Source: a candidate division WOR-3 bacterium | Lineage (GTDB): Bacteria > Hydrothermota > Hydrothermia > B15-G9 > WFZT01 | NCBI GenBank assembly: GCA_027053075.1 | Contig: JALUEE010000070.1 | Span: forward strand, 1-37,148 | Length of the DNA stretch: 37,148 bases | Reading direction: 5' to 3' | In this document: piece by piece, positions 1-8,953 of the stretch | Layout: each line of letters begins with the position of its first letter | Position numbering within the stretch: position 1 is the stretch's first letter | Program-made: the position numbers and the translations under genes | Notes under the pieces: generated by a model | What the model saw: the letters and a program-made list of their open reading frames with translations, nothing else | Told to the model about the DNA's origin: nothing | Databases searched by the model: none

Positions 1-427
1 AGGGTCTCGTATCCGGTAATTTAAGGGCGAAATTTTCGTTTACCACATGATACTCAGCGTATCCTCCATCAACATCCCAGCCGGTAAACTTTGCATTCTC
101 ACAGAGATTCTCCTTGCCTCTAAGGCAATACTTGCAATGACCACAGGCATAGTTTAGCCATGTAACTCCTGCGCGGTCACCAATTTTGAACCTTTTTACT
201 CCATCACCTACCTCGTCAACGATTCCGACAATTTCGTGTCCCGGCACGACAGGTTTTTTATGCAGAGGCAAATCTCCTTCAGCAATATGGGCATCTGTGC
301 GACAAACCCCACATGCCATTACCTTTATGCGTATTTCTCCCGGCCCTGGATGGGGGTCCGGAAGCTCGACAAGTTTTAAAGGGTGTTCCTCAACCGGTTT
401 TTGCTCCTCAATAACCCATGCTTTCAT
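1..427 (-). CDS. Zinc-dependent alcohol dehydrogenase (MDR family), 5' part; runs off the window start
   Basis: Not in the ORF track. Manual translation from ATG 427 (SD GGAGG upstream) gives MKAWVIEEQKPVEEHPL...ACGVCRTDAH...PGHEIVG...CGHCKYCLRGKENLC, with the catalytic Zn motifs (CxxD, GHE) and the four-Cys structural Zn site. Confidence 0.92.
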   Translation of the reverse strand, partial: MKAWVIEEQKPVEEHPLKLVELPDPHPGPGEIRIKVMACGVCRTDAHIAEGDLPLHKKPVVPGHEIVGIVDEVGDGVKRFKIGDRAGVTWLNYACGHCKYCLRGKENLCENAKFTGWDVDGGYAEYHVVNENFALKLPDTRP

Positions 428-437
428 ATCAGACCTC

Positions 438-2021
438 CTAAATGGTCCAGATGGTCCAGTAATTTGTTTCCACTATTTCTTCGTAGTGCTTTCTGTAAAA
501 TTCCAGAGCCTCTGGAAGGAATTTGAGAATATCTCCAGCAACCACACCATCTTCTCCGATCTCGGCCGCGGCAACGTCACCAGCAAGGCCGTGGAAGAAT
601 ACGCCCATGGGAACAGCATCCTCAAATCCAAACCCATGGGCTGTGTACATCGCAGCTATTGTGCCCGTTAGAACATCACCACTTCCCGCGGTTGCCATTC
701 CTGGATTCCCGCTCAGGTTGATCACCACTCTGCCATCGGGGTACCCGATGAGAGAATGAGGCCCTTTTAAAATCGTGATGACTCCATACTCTCCACTGAA
801 TTTTCTGAGTACCTCAACCCTGTTTTTCTCAATTTCGTCTACTGGCAACCTTGTCAGACGAGACATCTCCCCAAAGTGCGGCGTGAGAACAGTCTCGTTT
901 TTACGCTCTTTCAATATCTCTGGATTCTTTGAAATGGCTGTGAGCCCGTCTCCATCAATCAAAAGAGGTTTATCTATTAGTGGTGTTATTTTCCTGACCA
1001 GTTCCTGGGTCTCTTCGTTCAAACTCACACCCGGGCCGAGGACGACCATATCAACTTTTTTCGCGAAATCCACGAGGAAATCAAGATTTTCAAGTGAAAT
1101 CGAGCCTTCTGGAGTCTCTTTTAATGGAACAAATACAATTTCATTGCCCCGCGCAGCAATAAAAGGGGCCACAGAGCGTGGAGTGGCAAGGTATGCGAGA
1201 CCTCCACCTGCCTTAAGAAATGACATGGCTGAAAAGTAAGGGGCTCCAAAATAATTAGCTGCCCCAGAGATGAACAGGACTTTGCCAAAGGAGCCCTTGT
1301 GGGTGTTTCCGGGCCTCAGTGGAAGCGGATGAAATTTAACTGTCTCAACCTTGATTTCAGGTGCGTTATAATTCTGGGGTGGGAATGAGATATGGGTTAC
1401 GTAGAGTTTGCCATTGAGCTCAAAACCTGGGTAGAGCAGATTCCCGAGCTTTGGTAGTCCATAGGTAACAGTGAAATCAGCAAAGACGGCTGTTCCCATA
1501 ATCTCACCGGTATTGCCATTGACCCCGGACGGAATGTCTATACTCAGAACCGTCGCGTCGCTTTCGTTGATCAAATCGATTACAGTGCTGTATTTACCCT
1601 CAACGTTCCTTTTTATCCCTGTCCCGAGTATGGCGTCAATAACCGCGTCTGATTCCAGAATCGCTTCTTCTGCCTCATATATGTTTTCATCTGTGAGCAA
1701 CTTGAAGGGTATTCCTGCCCTTTTGACCATTTCGAAGTGGAAGTTCACGGTTTCATCGAATTTTTCCGGTGAACTCAGGCAGAAGATTTCGACGTATCCA
1801 CCTGTTGAGAATATCTTTCTTGCTACAACAAGTCCGTCACCACCGTTGTGCCCGGGTCCGCAGAAGACCACAAATCTTTTGTTTTTTACACCGATTTCTG
1901 AAAGTAAAACGTAGTAAGCTGCCTCCCCTGCATTCTCCATTAAAATGATTCCGGGAACGGCATATTTTTCTATTGCGTTTCTATCAAGCTGGTGCATTTC
2001 GCTGACTGTTGAAACCTTCAT
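438..2021 (-). CDS. nnr: Bifunctional NAD(P)H-hydrate epimerase/dehydratase (NnrE-NnrD fusion)
   Basis: YjeF_N motifs LMENAG, CGPGHNGGDG and DIPSG; carbohydrate-kinase-like domain with HKGSFG, TPHFGE and ATAGSGDVLTG. Start moved to MKVSTV (2021), which has GGAGG upstream. Confidence 0.93.
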   Translation of the reverse strand: MKVSTVSEMHQLDRNAIEKYAVPGIILMENAGEAAYYVLLSEIGVKNKRFVVFCGPGHNGGDGLVVARKIFSTGGYVEIFCLSSPEKFDETVNFHFEMVKRAGIPFKLLTDENIYEAEEAILESDAVIDAILGTGIKRNVEGKYSTVIDLINESDATVLSIDIPSGVNGNTGEIMGTAVFADFTVTYGLPKLGNLLYPGFELNGKLYVTHISFPPQNYNAPEIKVETVKFHPLPLRPGNTHKGSFGKVLFISGAANYFGAPYFSAMSFLKAGGGLAYLATPRSVAPFIAARGNEIVFVPLKETPEGSISLENLDFLVDFAKKVDMVVLGPGVSLNEETQELVRKITPLIDKPLLIDGDGLTAISKNPEILKERKNETVLTPHFGEMSRLTRLPVDEIEKNRVEVLRKFSGEYGVITILKGPHSLIGYPDGRVVINLSGNPGMATAGSGDVLTGTIAAMYTAHGFGFEDAVPMGVFFHGLAGDVAAAEIGEDGVVAGDILKFLPEALEFYRKHYEEIVETNYWTIWTI

Positions 2022-2190
2022 CTTTGTTCCTCCTTTTTGTAATTTAAGGATAACGAGCATTCAGGGTACATTCCAGCTTTTTGTGGCGGGTGAATCCTAT
2101 CATCAGCACAAAGCCTGGGTGAATAAAAATTATTTGAGAAGATTCAAGATGTGAGCGGTCACTTCGAGCCTTTCCAGCGAAGAAGGGGAT

Positions 2191-2386
2191 GAGTGTTTAA
2201 TCAAAAAATTCTTAAGATGTTATCCCTCACCCTGCCCTCTCACCGTAAAAAATTTATGCGGGGAGAGGGAGTATATTGGAAGTCATGTCTGACAAACGTT
2301 CACTCTCCCTATAAATAAAGACTATGGAGACACCCCTTAAATTTCCATCCCCCATAGGCAAATTCTGTGGGAAAGGGGGAGTTCTC
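2191..2386. repeat. Two degenerate REP-like GC-rich palindromes
   Basis: CCCTCACCCTGCCCTCTC(A)CCG...CGGGGAGAGGG at 2224-2269 lies inside GAGTG...CACTC ends (2191-2305). A second, weaker CCCC...GGGG hairpin lies at about 2326-2386. Confidence 0.55.
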
Positions 2387-2390
2387 ACAG

Positions 2391-2419
2391 TTGAAACCTG
2401 TCTTTTGTGGTTTTAAGAT
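2391..2419 (+). promoter_or_regulatory. Sigma70-type promoter, predicted leaderless transcript
   Basis: TTGAAA-17bp-TAAGAT, 6 nt before ATG 2426; no SD. Confidence 0.6.
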
Positions 2420-2425
2420 TTAGTC

Positions 2426-2896
2426 ATGCGTAAGGTTGTTGCCATTATTGGTCCCTCTGAGCCCTCTGCAAAAGAATATGAGATGGCCTACAGTGTGGGT
2501 AAATTTTTAGGATCAAAAGGGTTTGTGGTTGCCACCGGCGGCAAATCTGGCATAATGGAAGGGGCTTTAAAAGGGGCAAAAGAAGTAGGTGGGTTGACCA
2601 TAGGAATTTTGCCAGAAGGCGACCTCTCTTATGCCAACAGATTTGTGGATATTCCTATCACCACTGGCCTTGGAGAGGTGAGGAATTTCGTTCTCGTAAA
2701 TTCAGGCTATTTTGTAGTTTCTATCGGTATTTCCGAGGGTACCCTTATCGAGCTTGCATATGCGTTAAAAGTGGGCAAAACCATATTTTCATACAACCTC
2801 CCAGAGCTCCCCGGTGTTTTTGAGGATGGTAGAATCGTAAGATTCTCCAGCCTCGACGAATTTATTGAAGAATTTACCAACTTCATGGAGGTTTGA
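2426..2896 (+). CDS. LOG/SLOG-family protein (TIGR00725-like)
   Basis: VAIIG, TGGKSGIMEGALKGAKEVGGLTIGILP, TGLGEVRN and GTLIE motifs. Confidence 0.85.
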   Translation: MRKVVAIIGPSEPSAKEYEMAYSVGKFLGSKGFVVATGGKSGIMEGALKGAKEVGGLTIGILPEGDLSYANRFVDIPITTGLGEVRNFVLVNSGYFVVSIGISEGTLIELAYALKVGKTIFSYNLPELPGVFEDGRIVRFSSLDEFIEEFTNFMEV

Positions 2897-2897
2897 T

Positions 2898-4094
2898 ATG
2901 AGATGGGTTCCAGACGATGAGATAAAATCACGAATTGAGAGACTCAAATCCAGCATGCAGGTGGATGCTGCCCTGATACTCCAGAACATGGATATGTATT
3001 ATTTTTCAGGGACAGTGCAGCAGGGGTTTGTTTTCATACCCAAAAACGGAGAGCCTCTGTTTTTTGTAAGACGCATTCCTGATCGGGCAAAGGAAGAATC
3101 CCCACTTGAGGTTGTCCCCATAAAGGGATTAAGGGATGCAGGAAAGGTTCTTTCTGAGTTTAAAATTAATTCCCTTGGTGTTGAACTGGATGTTGTACCG
3201 GTTGCAACCTTAAAAAGATACCAAAAGCTTTTCCCCGAAGCGGAAATTATAGATATTTCCCCCCTGGTTCGCGATCTTAGAAAGATTAAGTCCGCCTTTG
3301 AGATTGAGAAAATTAAGGGTGCGGCACGAGTAACAGCTGAGGTTTTGGAGGAAGTCGAGAAATATATCCACAGGGGGATGACGGAGTGGGAGCTTATCAG
3401 TCTTATTGAGTATCTTGCGAAGCTTAAAGGACATCTTGGCCCCACGCGAATGCGCTCATTTGGTCAGGAGCTTTTCTTTGGGCATGTTTTATCGGACAAA
3501 AGTGGAGGAGTATCGGCCTTTGCAGACGCACCTACAGGTGGATATGGTGTACATCCCACTCTGGGGCACGGTGCGACCAACCGGCCTCTTGCTGAAAATA
3601 CCCCAATAGACGTGGATTTTATGGTGAATTTTGAGGGCTACCTTTCTGACCAGACGAGAATTTTTGTTATCGGTGAAATTTCTGCTGGCCTGAGAGAAGC
3701 TTATGAATTCACCGTTCGGGTTTTACGCGAGCTTGAGGGTATGATAAAGCCCGGTGTAGCAGCAAATGAGCTTTACGAGCATGCAGTTTTGATGGCAAAG
3801 GAAGCGGAATATGAGGAAAATTTCATGGGGCATGGACCTTACAGGGTGAGTTTTATCGGTCATGGAGTTGGTCTTGAGGTAGATGAATATCCATTTATCG
3901 CTCGGGGATTTGATATGAAGCTCGAGCCCGGGATGGTCTTTGCCCTTGAGCCAAAGCTAATTTTCCCGGGCAAAGGAATGGTGGGGATTGAAAATACCTA
4001 TCTTGTGACTCCTGACGGTTTTGAAAAAATCACCACCTCACCTGAAGGGATACATTATGTAACCTGGCAGGGGAAAAGCTTTTTAGGCGATTGA
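2898..4094 (+). CDS. Xaa-Pro peptidase family protein (M24B)
   Basis: Creatinase-like N-domain, RKIKS, metal ligands in DVD...SDQTR, GHGVGLEVDE, LEPK and GIE. Start ATG 2898 follows GGAGG. Confidence 0.88.
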   Translation: MRWVPDDEIKSRIERLKSSMQVDAALILQNMDMYYFSGTVQQGFVFIPKNGEPLFFVRRIPDRAKEESPLEVVPIKGLRDAGKVLSEFKINSLGVELDVVPVATLKRYQKLFPEAEIIDISPLVRDLRKIKSAFEIEKIKGAARVTAEVLEEVEKYIHRGMTEWELISLIEYLAKLKGHLGPTRMRSFGQELFFGHVLSDKSGGVSAFADAPTGGYGVHPTLGHGATNRPLAENTPIDVDFMVNFEGYLSDQTRIFVIGEISAGLREAYEFTVRVLRELEGMIKPGVAANELYEHAVLMAKEAEYEENFMGHGPYRVSFIGHGVGLEVDEYPFIARGFDMKLEPGMVFALEPKLIFPGKGMVGIENTYLVTPDGFEKITTSPEGIHYVTWQGKSFLGD

Positions 4095-4238
4095 GTTTTG
4101 TAAAGAACAAATCACTGGCTAACATGATGGGGATGCAATTAACGTCCCGGTTGTATAAGGGGTGAATATATAGTCTCCCGCAAAAATTATTTATAATGTA
4201 GATGTGAAAGGATGAAAGAGAAGAAATCAAGCGGATTT

Positions 4239-4357
4239 CTCACCCTCCCTTCCCCTGAGGGAAGGGAGGGGTGGGGTGGAATGGGGAAACAAAATTTCGA
4301 ATAATTCATTTCCCCATTCTCCCCTGACCCCTCCTTCCCGGAGGGAAGGAGGGTGAG
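4239..4357. repeat. REPIN-like element: two ~50-bp units in inverted orientation, each with an internal hairpin
   Basis: Left unit CTCACCCTCCCTTCCCCTGAGGGAAGGGAGGGGTGGGGTGGAATGGGGAAA; right unit reverse-complemented CTCACCCTCCTTCCCTCCGGGAAGGAGGGGTCAGGGGAGAATGGGGAAA; AT-rich 19-nt spacer. Confidence 0.8.
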
Positions 4358-4436
4358 GTTGCAATTATCGGTAACGGGATCCCGTTGAGAAAGATGGCAA
4401 CTAAAATTCTGAATTTTTCTAACAGGTTCCAAGCAT

Positions 4437-4465
4437 TTGCATTTAAACCCCGTCGGATTTAACAT
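4437..4465 (+). promoter_or_regulatory. Putative sigma70 promoter of the secreted-protein gene
   Basis: TTGCAT-17bp-TAACAT, then SD GGAGGT and ATG 4487. Confidence 0.5.
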
Positions 4466-4486
4466 TTGCCAGATGGAGGTGAAATT

Positions 4487-7300
4487 ATGAAAAAGATTTT
4501 CATCACCCTCTCAATCTTTGGGCTAATTCATGCCCAGAGTGTGGTAAAAGTCATTCCCGCTCCCTACCGTTCCGGTGGCCTCACTTTTGATGGTGAGCAC
4601 CTCTGGAGTGGGATCTATGGGGGCCCATCCAGTTATATCTTTGAAATTGATACTTCCAGCGGAAATATTATAGATTCAATTCCGGCGCCAAGGGATGATT
4701 GCTATGGCCTTACTTATGATGGACAACACCTCTATTTCCTTTTCCACTACATGGGCACAGACCATCACATTTATGTTCTAAACATGGATGGCACTGTAGT
4801 TGACTCACTTCCAACACCTGTTCATTACATGGCAGGTATGACCTATGACGGGCAGGACTTGTGGCTCACAGCTTATTACGACCCCGATGGGCAGTTTTAT
4901 AAGGTGGATAAATCAACAGGTGCTGTACTAAAGACCTTCGCTGCCCCGGACAATCAGCCATGGGGACTTGCCTTTGATGGAACCAACCTGTGGGTGGTGG
5001 ATTACTGGAATTACTCGATATTTGAAGTTGATACGTCTGGAAATATAATCACGTCCTTCAGTTCACCCGGGAACACTCCCACCGGTGCAACGTGGGATGG
5101 CCAATATCTGTGGATTGTCGCTCAAAATCCTCATACTTCCACAGGATGGGCCTTTTTCAAGATAGATGTTTCAGGAAACGGGACACCGGATATTTTCATT
5201 CCCGACACATTGCTTGATTTTGGGGCTGTTTCTGCTGGAGATACGGTTGTGAGACATATTTTAATTTACAACTACGGCGACGGAGACCTGAGTATCGATT
5301 CTGTTCACATAACTGGTACAGGTTTTTCATCTGGAGAATCTGGATTCCCGGTTACAATTACTCCAGCAGGGTACTATTTCCTACCTGTTATTTTCTACAG
5401 TTCAACAACTGGTGAGTTCAGCGGCACAGCGACTATCTATTCAAACGACCCTGATGAAGGGGTGATTCATGTCACTTTACATGCAAGTGCTGTGTCAGGT
5501 GGTGCGCACATTGTGTTGAGTGATACCACGCTTTCATTTGGAGATAACTATGTTGGAGGTTTAAAACTCGGATACCTTGCCATAACAGATTCCGGAACAG
5601 GTGATTTGAGGGTGGATAGTGTTCGGTTTTCCTCGGGTAATTTTTCACTAAGAAACGGCAATTTCCCATTGATAATACATCCGCTAAATACCGAGACCTT
5701 AGAGATTTATTTCTCTCCGGAATACACGGGTTCAATTAATGACACAATGTGGATCTATTCGAATGACCCTGCAAGCCCATCTTCCCCTGTGGAATTAGAG
5801 GGTAATGCGATTGCGAACGATGGATTTATGGGCGGAGACTTTTTCTGGAGTTTTAGAGGACCGGATAATGTGGTCTCGTCCACTTATTTTATCGATCCTC
5901 GTGATAGTACACCGATCGTTGTGTTTGATTCTTATGATGCAGGGGTGACAGGGCCCAATCTCTTTGCCATCCGTGGTAATAGCTATGGAGAGGGTATTCC
6001 TTTATGGCAACAGGACGTAGGTGGAGGCTGGGGTGAAGGTGGACTCAAGGCAGCAGGAGACCTGAATGTGGATGGATTCCCTGATATTGTTTATGGAAGT
6101 GCATGGGGAGACCGTTCCATTTATGCCATTTCGGGGAGCGACGGCTCGGTAATCTGGCGGTACGACACAAGAATCGAAGATGGGCATGGTGGCTGGGTGT
6201 ATTCGGTTGATACCCTGCGGGATATCACAGGTGATGGAGTACCGGAGGTTATTGCGGGTGCAGGTGGGTGGAGCAATGGTGCGATGGGACCGAGATGTGT
6301 TTATGTATTTAACGGTTTGAATGGAGAGATACTTTTCAGATTTCAGGCAAATGATGCCGTGATCTCGGTTTGTCCTATTCCTGATGTGGACGGTGATGGA
6401 TACGATGATATAATAGCAGGTGCCGGCGGAAACGGGACAAGAGACCACCATGTTTATCTTGTAAGTGGTAATCCAGCGGAGAATGGCAGACTTATCTGGA
6501 ATTACGATACCGGGGATGATGTGTGGTGGGTTTCAAATATCAGTGATCTCGATGGTGATGGAATCGAGGATGTAGTTGCAGGAAACTGGGGTGGCAAAGT
6601 GCTTGCAATCAGCGGGAGAACGGGAGGATTAATATGGCAGCAAACCCCAACCAATATCGTTATGAAAGTTGTGCCCATTGGTGATGTTGATGGCGACGGA
6701 ATTTCAGACATTGCCGTTGGCTCATGGTCGAATTCGGTTATAGTGCTTGCTGGAAATGATGGCCATCTGGTCTGGAGTTACTACACGGGAGCTGATGTCT
6801 GGACGGTGGATAAGCTCCCGGATATTACGGACGATGGAATAAATGAGGTAATTGCAGGTTCATTTAACGGGAATTTATACGTTCTGGATGGAAGACTGGG
6901 GCTTTTGATATGGAGATTTCAGGGAGATAATAAATTCTTCACTGTGCTCTCTGTGGCCGATGTCAACGGAGATGGATATGCAGATGTGGGCGGTGGCACT
7001 CAGGCGTTAGGAGGTCAGGGAGGAACCTTTTACCTGATTTCAGGTGGTATTGTGCGGTACGGAATCCATGAAAATGAAGGGGTGAGTGAGAACAAGCTGC
7101 GGGTTTTACCAACAGTTTCAAGGGATGGATTCTTTACCGTGAGACTGGCCGTTCCTTCTGATATTAAGGTTTTTGATATTACCGGTAGGATTGTAAAAGA
7201 GGCAAGAAATGTGAGGAACTGGACCTTCAGACTCAACCACCCTGGCATCTATTTCATAAAATCCGGCAGTGTCAGGAGAAAGATACTTGTGGTGAAGTGA
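4487..7300 (+). CDS. Secreted multidomain protein: signal peptide, 5-repeat beta-propeller, two Ig-like (ASH/choice-of-anchor D-like) domains, FG-GAP/PQQ-like propeller, T9SS type-A-like CTD
   Basis: Signal peptide MKKIFITLSIFGLIHA; five G[LMA]x[FYW]DGxxL[WY] repeats; two IYSNDP-containing domains; seven Dx[DNT]xDGxx[DE] Ca-loop repeats; C-terminal KVFDITGRIVK...PGIYFIK...RKILVVK. Confidence 0.8.
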   Translation: MKKIFITLSIFGLIHAQSVVKVIPAPYRSGGLTFDGEHLWSGIYGGPSSYIFEIDTSSGNIIDSIPAPRDDCYGLTYDGQHLYFLFHYMGTDHHIYVLNMDGTVVDSLPTPVHYMAGMTYDGQDLWLTAYYDPDGQFYKVDKSTGAVLKTFAAPDNQPWGLAFDGTNLWVVDYWNYSIFEVDTSGNIITSFSSPGNTPTGATWDGQYLWIVAQNPHTSTGWAFFKIDVSGNGTPDIFIPDTLLDFGAVSAGDTVVRHILIYNYGDGDLSIDSVHITGTGFSSGESGFPVTITPAGYYFLPVIFYSSTTGEFSGTATIYSNDPDEGVIHVTLHASAVSGGAHIVLSDTTLSFGDNYVGGLKLGYLAITDSGTGDLRVDSVRFSSGNFSLRNGNFPLIIHPLNTETLEIYFSPEYTGSINDTMWIYSNDPASPSSPVELEGNAIANDGFMGGDFFWSFRGPDNVVSSTYFIDPRDSTPIVVFDSYDAGVTGPNLFAIRGNSYGEGIPLWQQDVGGGWGEGGLKAAGDLNVDGFPDIVYGSAWGDRSIYAISGSDGSVIWRYDTRIEDGHGGWVYSVDTLRDITGDGVPEVIAGAGGWSNGAMGPRCVYVFNGLNGEILFRFQANDAVISVCPIPDVDGDGYDDIIAGAGGNGTRDHHVYLVSGNPAENGRLIWNYDTGDDVWWVSNISDLDGDGIEDVVAGNWGGKVLAISGRTGGLIWQQTPTNIVMKVVPIGDVDGDGISDIAVGSWSNSVIVLAGNDGHLVWSYYTGADVWTVDKLPDITDDGINEVIAGSFNGNLYVLDGRLGLLIWRFQGDNKFFTVLSVADVNGDGYADVGGGTQALGGQGGTFYLISGGIVRYGIHENEGVSENKLRVLPTVSRDGFFTVRLAVPSDIKVFDITGRIVKEARNVRNWTFRLNHPGIYFIKSGSVRRKILVVK

Positions 7301-7383
7301 GGGTTGAAAATTGGTCGGGATTTTGGAGAACCGCACAGGTGATGATTTTGGGTGAGAGCGGTGGTTAATATGCGAGGAGAAAA

Positions 7384-7425
7384 GTGTGGGGCGGCACTCT
7401 CCGAAGGAGAGTGCCGCCCCCACAC
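7384..7425 (-). terminator. Strong GC hairpin between convergent genes; likely intrinsic terminator
   Basis: GTGT-GGGGCGGCACTCTCC-GAA-GGAGAGTGCCGCCCC-C-ACAC: 15-bp perfect stem plus 4 bp after a bulge; followed by TTTT on the minus strand. Confidence 0.7.
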
Positions 7426-7433
7426 ACAATTTA

Positions 7434-8426
7434 TCATTTCTGATAATTCCTCGGCACCGGTAAGTCTATCATGGTCTTGAGGCCGGGAGTGGCATTTATT
7501 ACAATTGGGGCCATGTTGGCTGTGACGGATACTGTGGCTATGTCACCGTGTAATCCACCATAAATAATAAGGTGAATATCGGGCTCACCGGTAATGAAAA
7601 TCTCATCCCTTGGATTCTCCTCACCAAGAGCGGCATGTATCGTTAGCCTGATAACTTCCTTTCCATCCATAAATCCTGTAACAGTCTGATGAAGACCACG
7701 GACAAAACCGGGCTCGACCTTGAAATACTGGGTTTCTACGTGTTTTTCCGCTACCACAGGCTCGCAGACCTCTTCAACCTTGTCTAACTTCCAGCCAAGT
7801 GCATGTGCAATCATGCTGGTGCTTTCCTTGAATCCCATGTGTCCCAGACGGCCCTCGTCCCATGCCTTACGGAAGTCTTCAGGCTTCATTCCTGAGCCTA
7901 TCTTTTTCTGAAAGGGATACCTCCTCACCGACGCATTTTGAATTCTTAAACCCTCAACCTTCTCAACCCTCTTCGCCGGTGTGGTCATTACGATTGGCAA
8001 TGTATCAAGAACAAATCCCGGATTTACTCCAGTTCCTATAACAGTAACTCCGGCCTTTTTCGCTGTCTCATCCAGTTCTTTAGCTTTCTCTGGATACCTG
8101 TAATAAGGGAAGGAAAGCTCTTCAGTGGTTGAAACGATGTTGTAGCCTTCCCCTATGATTTCTAAGAGTTGTGGCAGGGCATCTGGAAATTTTGAAACTG
8201 TGTTGTGAAAAACCACATCTGCCCCGACATTACCAATTTCTTTTATGCTCTTTTTAACTGTTATTCCTGTTTTATCCTCGAGTCCGAGCACATCGGCGAT
8301 GTCTTTCCCAACGATGTCTTCCCTGATGTCAACTGCACCAACAATTTCAAACCCTTTCGAGAGGGCTGTCCTTGCGACCTCTATCCCAATGGGACCGAGT
8401 CCAAATTGGATAAACTTTAAACTCAT
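7434..8426 (-). CDS. NAD(P)H-dependent amine dehydrogenase / 2,4-diaminopentanoate dehydrogenase (Ord)-like, DapB_N Rossmann fold
   Basis: GLGPIG, VGKD, NIVSTTEELSFP, GTGVNPGFVLD and GGLHGDIAT motifs typical of the Ord/native AmDH family. Confidence 0.75.
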   Translation of the reverse strand: MSLKFIQFGLGPIGIEVARTALSKGFEIVGAVDIREDIVGKDIADVLGLEDKTGITVKKSIKEIGNVGADVVFHNTVSKFPDALPQLLEIIGEGYNIVSTTEELSFPYYRYPEKAKELDETAKKAGVTVIGTGVNPGFVLDTLPIVMTTPAKRVEKVEGLRIQNASVRRYPFQKKIGSGMKPEDFRKAWDEGRLGHMGFKESTSMIAHALGWKLDKVEEVCEPVVAEKHVETQYFKVEPGFVRGLHQTVTGFMDGKEVIRLTIHAALGEENPRDEIFITGEPDIHLIIYGGLHGDIATVSVTANMAPIVINATPGLKTMIDLPVPRNYQK

Positions 8427-8950
8427 TTCACTTTCCTCCTGTGTAACTGGGCTGTTAGATATTTTTTAGCCAAATACATGGACAGTGAAGTAACGCGCGT
8501 TCTGACCACCACCGTTTCTCCTCGCTTCATAAACTTGTAGAAATCTACTTCGTTTTTCCCCACCTTGATGTACTGCTTGCTTTCAGGTGAAATGACAAAT
8601 CGTAGCTCGCGGAACTCGCGGTTATTCGGCTTTGGATAAATGATCCACCTGTCCTTTTTGATCTCAAAACTGTCTCCTGGAACCATATCGGGCAGACCAG
8701 GACCAAAGGAGTCGAAGATTGTCATCAGGTGAATGAACTTATTGCTCTTATAGCCGAAGTATGCAGTGGCCGGGACATGCTCGGAGGAGTGCACGAATCC
8801 GTATTTCAGCGTGTCAAATTTCGTTGCCTGGGTCAGCAAGAGATAATTTCCCTTCCCGTCACGCACTTCAACGTAACGGGAAGGTTTTGCAAGATAAATC
8901 AGGGCAAAAGCCACAAGAATTACTATGAGTTTGCTCTTTAACCTTTCCAA
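8423..8950 (-). CDS. DUF1850-like protein (TAXI-TRAP-associated)
   Basis: N-terminal TM anchor, FVHSSEHVP and SFGPGLP motifs; adjacent to the TAXI permease. Confidence 0.75.
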   Translation of the reverse strand: MERLKSKLIVILVAFALIYLAKPSRYVEVRDGKGNYLLLTQATKFDTLKYGFVHSSEHVPATAYFGYKSNKFIHLMTIFDSFGPGLPDMVPGDSFEIKKDRWIIYPKPNNREFRELRFVISPESKQYIKVGKNEVDFYKFMKRGETVVVRTRVTSLSMYLAKKYLTAQLHRRKVK

Positions 8951-8953
8951 TTC

